This document shows, one piece after another, positions 40,640 through 49,965 of a stretch of 64,000 nt of DNA (position 1 is the first letter of the stretch; each line of letters begins with the position of its first letter). This stretch comes from Candidatus Krumholzibacteriia bacterium (GTDB lineage: Bacteria > Krumholzibacteriota > Krumholzibacteriia > WVZY01). Location: assembly GCA_046754105.1 (NCBI GenBank), contig JBHHVD010000001.1, positions 32,001-96,000 on the forward strand, given 5' to 3'. A program made the translations under genes and the position numbers. The notes below the pieces were generated by a model, which had not been told where the DNA came from, did not search any database, and was given only the letters and a program-made list of their open reading frames with translations.

Positions 40640-41677
40640 CTACGGTCGGTTTCCCTCCGTCGTCCGGATCGAGTCCGCGAGCGCGGCTGCGATGATACGA
40701 TGCGCTACGGCGCCCCACACGTGGCCCTCCGCAGAGTTGAAATCGCGCACACCTTCGAACCACGGCGTCACCTCGATATAGTCGAGATCTCCCCGGCGGT
40801 CCATTTCCAACACGGTGTTCTTGATGTGCGGGTGCCGATCCAGCTGTTCGTTGACTGCGATCATCACGAGCGCGGCCCCATCACGCTTGAGACCCGCCGC
40901 GAACTGCCCCAACAACTCGGCGTAGAACCGCTCCTGCATCGGCACTTCGTCCCCATCGGTGCGAGTGTCGTACTCACGTTCCTTCTGTTTGACCCTGGTA
41001 GCCTTCAGCATGAGATAGACGCGGTTTCTAAAAAAATTGTAGAGCTGCGACCGCTGAATGATCGAGCGTGACAGGTATTTCTTGGCCCAGTTGATTCCGC
41101 CGTCCCCGTCGACGAACTCGAGCCGGCCGTCCTCGACGCGAGTCACCATGTTGTTGAAATTGTCCTCGGGGTCGTTCGAGCAGTACTGCAAGACGACTAT
41201 TTCGGGGTGAAACAAACTGCCGAAATCGTAGTAACGCCGCACCTCCTGAGTGAGCCCCCAGCCGGGGTTTCCGAGGTTGACGACGTCGTATCGTCCGTCC
41301 AGCTCTCTCGCCAGCCGCTGCGGATATTCCTCGCCGTCGTCGACACCCATGCCGAACGTGTACGAGTCTCCGAGGGTAACGATTGTCGGCTTTTGCGGAG
41401 GGCTCGTCAGCTCGACCGCGTCACCGCGGTAACCCTGTTTGTTGATCGTGTAATGAAACTTGTACCTGCCGGGAACGGAATGAACCATGCGCGTGTTCTC
41501 GAAAAGCACAAACCCGTACCTGGGCGAGTACTTGTAGCGGGGCGAAAGGTACTCCACGGGGCTGAACAACCTCAGAGTCACCTCGCCCGCCGCGAGGACG
41601 AATACCGCCGTAATCGCCAACATGAATATATACAAGCGCAACTTCTTGATGCCGTTTTCCCCTATGTGTGGGTTCAT
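40640..41677 (-). CDS. Membrane-anchored SGNH/GDSL hydrolase; start approximate
   Basis: N-terminal TM with GEVTLR, LGDSYTFG, GNPGWG, CSND, EGH. Confidence 0.8.
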   Translation of the reverse strand: MNPHIGENGIKKLRLYIFMLAITAVFVLAAGEVTLRLFSPVEYLSPRYKYSPRYGFVLFENTRMVHSVPGRYKFHYTINKQGYRGDAVELTSPPQKPTIVTLGDSYTFGMGVDDGEEYPQRLARELDGRYDVVNLGNPGWGLTQEVRRYYDFGSLFHPEIVVLQYCSNDPEDNFNNMVTRVEDGRLEFVDGDGGINWAKKYLSRSIIQRSQLYNFFRNRVYLMLKATRVKQKEREYDTRTDGDEVPMQERFYAELLGQFAAGLKRDGAALVMIAVNEQLDRHPHIKNTVLEMDRRGDLDYIEVTPWFEGVRDFNSAEGHVWGAVAHRIIAAALADSIRTTEGNRP

Positions 41678-41854
41678 GCCGGACCACCAGTATACCGTTC
41701 GCAGGCGACCCCCTTCAACATCTTCGCGGCTCCCGAGCGGGCAAGACACGGGCCCGCGGGCCCGTGGCGCGCCAATTGCCCCGTCGTCACGAGGCCGCCG
41801 CCCCGTTGGGCGTCTCGTACAGCGTATGGGTCGCACCCCCGGCATCGTGGCATG

Positions 41855-41884
41855 TTGACTTACCCTACCATCCGCCTTTATACT
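41855..41884 (+). promoter_or_regulatory. Sigma-70-type promoter for the M28 gene
   Basis: TTGACT-N18-TATACT. Confidence 0.5.
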
Positions 41885-41949
41885 CGGGCGCGCAAATCAC
41901 CGGTCTTACGCCGCGCCCACTTCGCCGCAGCCAGGAAAAGGACGAACCC

Positions 41950-43659
41950 ATGAAAGCTCCCAGGTCCCTGCTTTTTTTCGCGATCCTCATGTCTGCACCG
42001 CTGGTCTCGTGTCACCCGCACGATTCCTCCGCGGAGCACCCCTCTGCGGGTCCCGCTCGCCAATCGATCGAGACGATGGCGGCCGGGTTCTCGGCCGACC
42101 GTCTCCGGACGCACATCGAGTACCTGTCCGCGGACGAGCTCGAAGGCCGTTCGCCGGGTTCCGAGGGAGAGGCTCTCACGCTCGATTACCTGGCCGAACA
42201 GTACCGGGAGATGGGACTGTCACCGGGCAACCCGGACGGCTCCTTCCTGCAGGAAGTGCCGCTCATCGGCTCCACCGTGATCAACCGGCCGCCGTTGAGA
42301 TTGGAATCCGGGGACGGGGTTGTCGAGCTCCGCTACATGGAGGACTTCATGGGCTGGACGCTTCGCAAACAGGAAAACGTGTCGGTGGACGACGCGGAGC
42401 TGGTGTTCGTGGGGTACGGGATCGTCGCGCCCGAGTACGACTGGAACGACTACAAGGACGTAGACGTAGCGGGCAAGGTCATCGTTATGCTCGTAGGTGA
42501 CCCACCGCTGCCCGACACAACGCTTTTCGGCGGCCGCGCGATGACCTACTACGGTCGCTGGACGTACAAGTTCGAGATTGCGGCGGAGAAAGGAGCGGCC
42601 GGGGCGATCGTGATCCACGAGGACGCGGCGGCCGGCTACCCGTGGGAAGTCGTGTCAAATTCATGGTCAGGCGAGCAGTTTGACATCGAGCGTCCCGGGA
42701 AGGGTGCGGATCGTTGTGCCCTGGAGAGCTGGATCACCACGCCGTCCGCGACGCGCGTGTTCGAGGGCGCCGGGCTCGAGCTGGCCCACATGTACGAATC
42801 GGCGTTGTCGAGAGAATTCCGCCCGGTTCCACTGGGAATAAACGCCCGATGCGCGATCCGAAGCACCTTTCGCAATATTCGATCGTATAATCTCGTGGCA
42901 CGTCTCGAAGGTACCGACGCGAAGCTCAAGGACGAGTGTATTATTTATACCGCCCACTGGGACCACCTCGGCATGGGCAACCCGGCGCAGGGGGACTCCA
43001 TCTACAACGGCGCGCTGGACAACGCGACAGGTGTCGCAGCCACGCTGGAGATCGCGAGGGCGTTCGTAGCCAATAGACGGCTGGCCCGCCGCTCGATACT
43101 CTTCGTCAATACGACGGGGGAAGAAAGCGGGCTCCTCGGATCGAAGCATTACGCGGAACACCCGCTCTACCCGCTGGCCAGCACCGTTGCCATGATCAAT
43201 ATCGACGGACTCAACGTCTGGGGCCGAACGAAAGACGTCGTCGTGATCGGGTACGGTTTCTCCGATCTCGACCAATACCTCGGCCGGGCCATCCGCGCCG
43301 AGAACCGCTACCTCAAGCCCGACTCGGAACCAGAGAAGGGCTACTACTATCGCTCCGACCATTTCCCCTTTGCGAAGAAAGGTGTCCCCGCGCTGTACGC
43401 GGATAGCGGCACCGAATTCGTGGACAGACCCGGCGACTGGGGCAGCAAGGTCCGCGACGAGTACACGCGGACCCGATACCACAAGCCGCAGGACGAGTTC
43501 GATCCGGAATGGAACCTCAGCGGGGCCGTCGAGGACCTGAATGCGTACTTCCGCGTCGGGATGATGATCGCCGCCGCCGACGCCTATCCGAGGTGGAGCG
43601 CCAGGAGTGAGTTCCGCGAAATCAGGGAGCGATCCCTGCGGGCGAGCGGCCGCAAGTAG
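41950..43659 (+). CDS. M28 family metallopeptidase with PA domain (probable lipoprotein)
   Basis: MKAP..LVSC lipobox; DELEGR, VFVGYGI, AHWDHLG, GALDNATG, GEESGLLGS, RSDH, YH. Confidence 0.94.
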   Translation: MKAPRSLLFFAILMSAPLVSCHPHDSSAEHPSAGPARQSIETMAAGFSADRLRTHIEYLSADELEGRSPGSEGEALTLDYLAEQYREMGLSPGNPDGSFLQEVPLIGSTVINRPPLRLESGDGVVELRYMEDFMGWTLRKQENVSVDDAELVFVGYGIVAPEYDWNDYKDVDVAGKVIVMLVGDPPLPDTTLFGGRAMTYYGRWTYKFEIAAEKGAAGAIVIHEDAAAGYPWEVVSNSWSGEQFDIERPGKGADRCALESWITTPSATRVFEGAGLELAHMYESALSREFRPVPLGINARCAIRSTFRNIRSYNLVARLEGTDAKLKDECIIYTAHWDHLGMGNPAQGDSIYNGALDNATGVAATLEIARAFVANRRLARRSILFVNTTGEESGLLGSKHYAEHPLYPLASTVAMINIDGLNVWGRTKDVVVIGYGFSDLDQYLGRAIRAENRYLKPDSEPEKGYYYRSDHFPFAKKGVPALYADSGTEFVDRPGDWGSKVRDEYTRTRYHKPQDEFDPEWNLSGAVEDLNAYFRVGMMIAAADAYPRWSARSEFREIRERSLRASGRK

Positions 43660-43751
43660 TCCGCGTCTCGCGCGACCAGTATTAGCCAACCAATTATCTT
43701 CAAGTTGGTTACCCGCTTCCCGGCCGACCGGGCACCCGTACTCTGGTCGAG

Positions 43752-43784
43752 AAACTTGACTTTTGTCAAGTTTTGTCGGATAAT
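43752..43784 (+). promoter_or_regulatory. Sigma-70 promoter overlapped by a palindromic operator
   Basis: AAACTTGAC-TTTT-GTCAAGTTT (43752-43773); TTGACT-N17-GATAAT (43756-43784). Confidence 0.7.
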
Positions 43785-43958
43785 ACGCTTCCTCCGTGCC
43801 ACAAGTTTGCGAGCCTCAAATCGTCCGCGCAGCTCCCACTCCTGCGCGGGCAATCGCATGTTGCAGAAGGTGGCATCGAGATTCCTTCTAGCCACATTTC
43901 GATCTAGAGAACCAGTCGCCGAATGACAGGATGTCGTCGGCGGAAAGGAGATCGTCCA

Positions 43959-44675
43959 ATGAGAACCGTCAGCGGACTCCTGTTCGTTCTGTGTCTCGCC
44001 ATGCCGGCCCTCGCCGGTCCGCCCATCAATGGCGTCTACCAGTCGACCGACCTCGGTGGCCCCATGCTGGCGGGACGCTACAGCGTGTCGTGGACCGCGC
44101 CGAACGGCGCCTTATCCGTGGGCAATACGACAGACAAGTTTTCGTGGGACGGGCTGACGCTCGGAACCCAGTGGTGGATGTACTGTGCCGAGCTCGCGAT
44201 TCCTCCGAGTTTGATCGATGACACGGTCGATGTGAACGGGAACGGCACGCAGACCTGGTCCGGCACCTTCACCGGCGGATTCTGCATCCTGGCCGGCAAC
44301 GGCCCGTGGGGTGACGGGTCGCAGCCCTCGTACATGGCGCCGTACACGTCATATTCGGAGGTCAAAACCCTGACGTTCTCGAACTTCCAGGTGGTCGGAG
44401 TCGTAAGCAGCGTCAATGTCCAGGCGGGGCCTTTCGTCGGCTTCAACAACGCGTGCATGTCCCTCTCGATTTCCAACCAGGATGAACTTGCCACGACCGA
44501 TACGGCGGCGCTGCCGGCGGATTTTCCGGGCTTTATAGACCCGCTCACCTGCTCGTCGACCCGGACCATGGGTAGTTGGGGTACCTCGGACGGGTTTACG
44601 CTGGTCATCCTGGGATGCACGGTACCCGTCGAGGAATCCACGTGGGGTGCGATCAAGGCCCTCTACAACGAATAG
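43959..44675 (+). CDS. Secreted hypothetical protein with C-terminal VPVEESTWGAIKALY motif
   Basis: AAGGAG RBS; signal peptide MRTVSG..ALA; beta-rich Cys-containing body. Confidence 0.88.
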   Translation: MRTVSGLLFVLCLAMPALAGPPINGVYQSTDLGGPMLAGRYSVSWTAPNGALSVGNTTDKFSWDGLTLGTQWWMYCAELAIPPSLIDDTVDVNGNGTQTWSGTFTGGFCILAGNGPWGDGSQPSYMAPYTSYSEVKTLTFSNFQVVGVVSSVNVQAGPFVGFNNACMSLSISNQDELATTDTAALPADFPGFIDPLTCSSTRTMGSWGTSDGFTLVILGCTVPVEESTWGAIKALYNE

Positions 44676-44712
44676 CGGTAATACGCCACTTTTCGGTGAC
44701 AGGAGGATAACG

Positions 44713-45408
44713 ATGAGAATTGCGAAAAAAATTTTGTTGCTCTTGGCGGTTTTCGCGGCGTTGGCGGTTTCGTCCCGCGCCGGCGCACCCATTCAGGGGA
44801 CGTACAAGAGCTCCGCGGGTCAGGTAATGGCTGGGCGCTACGCGGAGTCATTCGCGAACGCGGGTGAGTTTCTCACCCCCGGCAACGTGATGACGACGGA
44901 ATCATGGAATGGAGCGTCGCTCGCTACGCAGTATTTCTTTTCCTGCCCGCAGCTGGTCTCCGTCAACCTCGTCCAGGACAACACGGGCGGAACCGGAAAC
45001 GGCTCCATCATCTGGTCGAAGGTCTACCTGGGAGGCGCGTTCTTTATGAACGGCGCGGGCGAGGCCTGGGACGGCGGCGACGCGACCTACTCCGGCGTGA
45101 TCGATACGTATACCGAGCGCGTCACCGTTCTCTTCATCGGCGGGGTCAGGGTGTCCGCGACGTCAAACATCGAGGGGAGCGGGCGCTTCAACGGCTTTCC
45201 CAACGCGTGCATCAGCTGGATTGCAAACGGGGTGGACGTGGCGGGCGCCAAGCCGGCCGGATTTCCCGACTACGTCGATTCCTCGTGCAATCCGAATCGC
45301 GTCTTCGGCCGCTTCGGCAACCGTACTGATTATACGATCAATGTCATCCCCTGCGTTGTGCCGGTCGAGGACGCCACGTGGGGACACATCAAGGCCCTGT
45401 ACGAGTAG
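44713..45408 (+). CDS. Secreted hypothetical protein, paralog of the preceding gene, ending VPVEDATWGHIKALYE
   Basis: AGGAGG RBS; signal peptide; aligns with the 43959 protein (PIxGxYxS, AGRY, SWxG..L.TQ, GNG, NAC). Confidence 0.88.
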   Translation: MRIAKKILLLLAVFAALAVSSRAGAPIQGTYKSSAGQVMAGRYAESFANAGEFLTPGNVMTTESWNGASLATQYFFSCPQLVSVNLVQDNTGGTGNGSIIWSKVYLGGAFFMNGAGEAWDGGDATYSGVIDTYTERVTVLFIGGVRVSATSNIEGSGRFNGFPNACISWIANGVDVAGAKPAGFPDYVDSSCNPNRVFGRFGNRTDYTINVIPCVVPVEDATWGHIKALYE

Positions 45409-45450
45409 AGGGAAACAAACGTGGGCACAGCCCGGCCCGCGCCGGCGGCC

Positions 45451-46929
45451 TTAAATAAAGAACCGGCCGGCCAGGTAGATGAACAGCGTCACCACGACGA
45501 TCGCGGCCAGGTTCAACCACAACCCCGCGCCGGCCATCTCGGCAACGGTAAGGCGCCGGGTGCCGAACACGATGGCGTTCGGCGGCGTTGCCACCGGCAA
45601 CATGAACGCGCACGAGGCAGCAAGCGTCGCCGGCGCCATGAGCAACAGCGGTGGTACGCCGATGACCGTGCTGAGCGAGGCAATGATCGGCAGCACGACC
45701 TGCGTGGTAGCCGTGTTGGAGGTAAGCTCGGTGAGGAACGTGATCAGACCACACACCGCCAGCACCATCAGAACCGTCGGCAGCCCCTGCAGGGCGGCGA
45801 GTTGTCCGCCGAGGTAGGCGGACAGACCCGACTCCTGGAATCCCTTCGCCAGGGCGAACCCGCCGCCAAGAAGTACGACGATATCCCACGGCAGCTTCGC
45901 CACCATCCCTCGATCCATGATGAACTCGGGCCTGCCCCTTGCGGGCACCAGGAAGAGTGTCAGGGCGACGGCGATGGCGACCGTGCCGTCATCGATGAAC
46001 GAGACGTCCCCGAACAGTGACGCCCAGCCGTGCAGCACCGTGTTGCCGAGCGTGATATCAGCCCTCGTCACAAGCAACAGCGCGAAGAGCGCGAACGCGG
46101 CCAGGACGACTTTTTCCTCGAAGGACGGCCGTCCCAGGGCCCGGTATTCCCGCTCGAGAACCTCGGGATCCACCCCGAAGGCGATGCGCCGGGTCAACCG
46201 AAGCCGGAGCACGGCATAGGTCACCAGGAAGAGCAGCGCGGAAACCGGCAGCCCGAGCGACATCCACGAGAGAAACGTAATCTCCCGGGCCTCCGGGAAC
46301 GAGATGGAATAGATTCTCGCCAGGGACAAATTCGGGGCGGTTCCTACCAGCGTGGCCATGCCACCGATCGATGCCGCGTAGGCGACGCCGAGCAGGAGGG
46401 CGACCTGGAGCTTTTTCACGTCGCCCGCGGCCGTCTCCTCGAGCTTCACGAGGAGTGCGACCACGATCGGCACCATCATCATCGCCGTCGCCGTATTTGA
46501 AATCCACATCGACAACAGCCAGCTCCCCAGCATAAAACCGAGGAGGAGCCGGTTTGGGCTCTTGCCGACGGCCAGGATGACCTTGAGCGCAATGCGGCGG
46601 TGAAGATTCCAGCGCTCCATGGCAAGCGCAATGATGAACCCGCCGATGAACAGAAAAAGAATGTTGTTGAGGTAGAGCGGCGCCACTTCCCTGCCCTTCA
46701 TGATGCCCAGCGCGGGGAAGAGGGCGATCGGGAACAGTGCAGTCACGGCGAGCGGTATCGCGTCGGTAAGCCAGAATATCGCCATCAACACGCCGACGGC
46801 CAGAGTCCTGGCGACGGCGGGGTGCTCCGGATCCACACGGACGAACACGAGCAGTATCAGGAAGACGGTCAATCCCGCCAGGACATACGCGCGACGGCGA
46901 TTCATACGCAATGCGAGCGGTTTCTCCAT
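45451..46929 (-). CDS. SLC13/DASS family di-/tricarboxylate:Na+ symporter
   Basis: SMWISNTATA, GTAPN, TELTSNTAT, FMLPVATPPN. Confidence 0.94.
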   Translation of the reverse strand: MEKPLALRMNRRRAYVLAGLTVFLILLVFVRVDPEHPAVARTLAVGVLMAIFWLTDAIPLAVTALFPIALFPALGIMKGREVAPLYLNNILFLFIGGFIIALAMERWNLHRRIALKVILAVGKSPNRLLLGFMLGSWLLSMWISNTATAMMMVPIVVALLVKLEETAAGDVKKLQVALLLGVAYAASIGGMATLVGTAPNLSLARIYSISFPEAREITFLSWMSLGLPVSALLFLVTYAVLRLRLTRRIAFGVDPEVLEREYRALGRPSFEEKVVLAAFALFALLLVTRADITLGNTVLHGWASLFGDVSFIDDGTVAIAVALTLFLVPARGRPEFIMDRGMVAKLPWDIVVLLGGGFALAKGFQESGLSAYLGGQLAALQGLPTVLMVLAVCGLITFLTELTSNTATTQVVLPIIASLSTVIGVPPLLLMAPATLAASCAFMLPVATPPNAIVFGTRRLTVAEMAGAGLWLNLAAIVVVTLFIYLAGRFFI

Positions 46930-46934
46930 TGACA

Positions 46935-47558
46935 CTAGCCGGCGCTTCCAGCCGTGGGTACGCCGTCCATACCAGCCCACAGATACCAGGTCGCTACGGT
47001 GCGGTAGGGTCGCCAGCGGTCCGTGATCTCCGCCAGATTCGTGTCCCCCGGGCGCCGGTAGTGTCGCTCGATCGCCTTGCGCAGCCCCAGGTCGCCCAGG
47101 GGAAAGACGTCGGGGCGGTTCAAACCGAATATGAGGAACATCTCCGCGCTCCATCTGCCGATGCCTCGCACGCGCGTCAACTCGCTCACTATTTCCTCAT
47201 CGCTGAGACGTCTTATCTCTCGGCGCGGAAAGCGATCGGATTCGAAGTATCGCGCCAGTTCGACGACGTACTCCGCCTTGCGCCGCGAGAGACCGGCTGC
47301 GATGAGTTGCGCGCTCGAAACCCGCAGGAAGTCGGCCGGCTTGGGATGGCGCCCGCCGATAGCTCTCAACAGGCGCCTGTGAATCGCACAGGCCGCTTTC
47401 CAGCTGAGCTGTTGCCAGACGATCGATTCGAACAGCGCAACAAAATAACTTCTTGCCCGCCTCAGCCGGCACGGCCCGATTTCCGCGATGAGGTGCCTCA
47501 TGGTCGGATCGCAGCGGGCGAGGTATTCGCACGCCCGGTCGAAATCTCCCGGATTCAA
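46935..47558 (-). CDS. DNA-3-methyladenine glycosylase II (AlkA/HhH-GPD family)
   Basis: SIVWQQLS, LTRVRGIGRWSAEM, DVFPLGDLG, WRPYRT. Confidence 0.93.
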   Translation of the reverse strand: MNPGDFDRACEYLARCDPTMRHLIAEIGPCRLRRARSYFVALFESIVWQQLSWKAACAIHRRLLRAIGGRHPKPADFLRVSSAQLIAAGLSRRKAEYVVELARYFESDRFPRREIRRLSDEEIVSELTRVRGIGRWSAEMFLIFGLNRPDVFPLGDLGLRKAIERHYRRPGDTNLAEITDRWRPYRTVATWYLWAGMDGVPTAGSAG

Positions 47559-47652
47559 CGGGTGATCCTTTCACTGATTGCGTTGAAATGGCAGGTGTCG
47601 TTTGTTAGCTTACAACAATGATGACGACGTTGCAAAGACCGGGGACCCGGAA

Positions 47653-48882
47653 ATGAGCGGGTTCCGTAGAGAGGACCTCATCTACGACTGGAACGAGGTG
47701 GAGGCGCCGCCCCAGCACGCGCTCAAGCTCAACGACGAAACGCTTCGCGACGGTCTCCAATCCCCGTCGGTGGCAACCCCCGCCATAGAGAGCAAGATCA
47801 AGATCCTCCGCCTCATGGAGGATCTCGGCATTTACAGCGCCGATATAGGGTTACCCGGTGCCGGCCCACAGGCCTTCAACAGCACGCTCGCCCTCGCCGC
47901 CGAGATCGCGCGGGCGAAGATGCGACTGTACCCCTACTGCGCCGCGCGGACCATCGTTAATGACATCGCGCCCATTATCGAGATCTCCCAAAAGACGGGG
48001 CTGCGGATCCAGGCGGCGCTGTTCATGTTCTCGAGCCCCATCCGGCAACTGACCGAAAGCTGGGACGCGGACCGCATGCTCAAAACCAGCGAGGATGCCA
48101 TCGCTTTCGCTCTCAAGAACGACGTCCCGGTAATGTACGTTACCGAGGACACGACGCGCTCCCGGCCGGAGACGTTGACCCGCCTCTACCGGATGGCGCT
48201 CGACAACGGCGTCGAACGCGTCTGTATCGCCGATACCGTCGGGCACGCAACCCCGACCGGCGTGCGAAGAATCGTCGGTTTTCTAAAGGAAATGGTCGAT
48301 GAAACGAGTGTCGACGTGGGAATCGACTGGCACGGCCACCGGGATCGCGGCTTGAGCATCATCAATGCGCTGACCGCTTACTACGCGGGCGCCGACCGCA
48401 TCCACGGCTGCGCCCTCGGCATCGGAGAGCGTGTCGGCAACACGCCGCTCGACCTGCTCATGGTCAACTTCAAATTGCTCGGGATACTGGACCAGGACCT
48501 GACGAGGCTGCCCGAGTACTGCCGCACGGTTTCGGAGGCGTGCAACGTACCGATTCCGGATAACTACCCGGTCGTCGGAGCCGATGCGTTCCGGACGGCG
48601 ACCGGTGTCCACGCGGACGCCATTATCAAGGCGTTCAAGAAGGGCGACGCCTGGCTGGCAAATCGAGTGTATAGCGCGGTGCCGGCGGACGAATTTGGAC
48701 TGACGCAGATTATCGAAATCGGTCCAATGAGCGGCAAATCCAACGTCCGCTACTGGCTGGAACAGCACGACGTCCGCGTAACGGATGAAGTCGTGAACAG
48801 GATCTTTGCGGAAGCAAAACGCGTGGACTCGGTGTTGTCGGAGAAACAAATAGTGGCCCTGGTGTCAAAGTCCGCCGATTGA
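47653..48882 (+). CDS. LeuA-like DRE-TIM acyltransferase (isopropylmalate/homocitrate/citramalate synthase family) without regulatory domain
   Basis: DETLRDGLQ, ADTVG, HGHRDRG, GIGERVGN, GPMSGKSN. Confidence 0.9.
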   Translation: MSGFRREDLIYDWNEVEAPPQHALKLNDETLRDGLQSPSVATPAIESKIKILRLMEDLGIYSADIGLPGAGPQAFNSTLALAAEIARAKMRLYPYCAARTIVNDIAPIIEISQKTGLRIQAALFMFSSPIRQLTESWDADRMLKTSEDAIAFALKNDVPVMYVTEDTTRSRPETLTRLYRMALDNGVERVCIADTVGHATPTGVRRIVGFLKEMVDETSVDVGIDWHGHRDRGLSIINALTAYYAGADRIHGCALGIGERVGNTPLDLLMVNFKLLGILDQDLTRLPEYCRTVSEACNVPIPDNYPVVGADAFRTATGVHADAIIKAFKKGDAWLANRVYSAVPADEFGLTQIIEIGPMSGKSNVRYWLEQHDVRVTDEVVNRIFAEAKRVDSVLSEKQIVALVSKSAD

Positions 48883-48908
48883 TCCGGCGAGACTCCGGTC
48901 ATCCGGTT

Positions 48909-49595
48909 TCATTCCCCGCGGTACATGGCTTTTATGGCACCCCAGGTTCGTTCCTCGACCGGAATCGTGAAGTCTTCCATGATGACGGTTATGCACCGCT
49001 CGCCGTCCAGAATCCGGTTGCCGTTGCGGTCCTGGTAGACGGCGACCTCCAGCCGTAGCACGCCGCTGGACTTGATATTGATCGTCGTCTTATCCGAAAA
49101 ATACCCGTTGCCGGTCGGCGTCGATACCACGATGCGGGGGAGGTGGTAGCGGAGGTCCTGGACCGGCTCGCCGTCGACCTGGATCGCCGCCGGAACGCCC
49201 AGGGGGCGAGGTGTGAACTGAACGAAGACATCGCTCAACTGGCGGGGCGTGTCCGCGAAACCATCGATGACGAGCGCCATTTCCGCGCCGAAGAACAGGA
49301 ACTCATTTCGGCCCGACGTGGAAGGAGAAAATCCGTCGAGCCCCGGCGCCTGGTAAATCTCAAAGGCTACGCGCTCGCCGAACTTGTCCCACAACATCAG
49401 TCCCCCGACCGAATACGCGGGATCAAAAAGCGGATCGCCCGGGCCCTTGGTCTCGTATTGTGTGGGGTCGAACCGAAAGCTCACGCGGCCCGCCGGGTAG
49501 GCGAGAATGCACGGCTCCGCAGAAGCCGCAACGGCGCTCGCCGTGATCGCGACTACCAGTAGTAAAATCAGACGCAGAGTATGCCCTTGGCCCAC
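48909..49595 (-). CDS. Secreted hypothetical protein ending IPVEERTWGAIKAMYRGE
   Basis: GGAGG RBS, GTG start, signal peptide; DRNGNRILDGE loop; body unrelated to the 43959/44713 pair. Confidence 0.85.
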   Translation of the reverse strand: MGQGHTLRLILLLVVAITASAVAASAEPCILAYPAGRVSFRFDPTQYETKGPGDPLFDPAYSVGGLMLWDKFGERVAFEIYQAPGLDGFSPSTSGRNEFLFFGAEMALVIDGFADTPRQLSDVFVQFTPRPLGVPAAIQVDGEPVQDLRYHLPRIVVSTPTGNGYFSDKTTINIKSSGVLRLEVAVYQDRNGNRILDGERCITVIMEDFTIPVEERTWGAIKAMYRGE

Positions 49596-49741
49596 CTATC
49601 CACCTCCGAAAAGCTGCAGACGCAGATGGGCGTTAATCAATCCGAACCTGCCCGCGCGGAGAGCGCGGACCCCCATTGCAGGGAAGCTGCACTGTTGTAG
49701 TAGCGACTCAAGCTGCCCTTGCCCTTAGTTTTAGCCGAATA

Positions 49742-49750
49742 ATTATACCA
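49742..49750 (-). promoter_or_regulatory. Extended -10 promoter for the 49595 gene
   Basis: Minus strand TGGTATAAT (TGn-TATAAT), about 145 nt upstream of the start. Confidence 0.5.
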
Positions 49751-49965
49751 TACACGGCCCCGGGCTGGAAGCGCGATGTTGGCCTCGCGGCGCGGAGAAA
49801 ACCGTCCGGCGTGACCGCCTCCGTCCGGTTTCGGCCCGTGGACGGCCGTCTCATCCCCGGGGCTTTTGGCTTTACAAAGCAGCACGTATGTTTAATAGTT
49901 CAAGGTGAATGCGCCGTTTCCGCCGCGCTTGCGCCCGGACGATACGCCGCAATCAGGATATCCTA

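Noticed and set aside
43871..43885. TGGCATCGAGATTCC as a sigma-54 site
   Set aside because: The -12 element is TTCC rather than TTGC, and a good sigma-70 promoter lies upstream
44622..45408. TWG tails as PEP-CTERM or LPXTG signals
   Set aside because: No transmembrane helix or basic cluster follows the motif, and no sortase or exosortase is nearby
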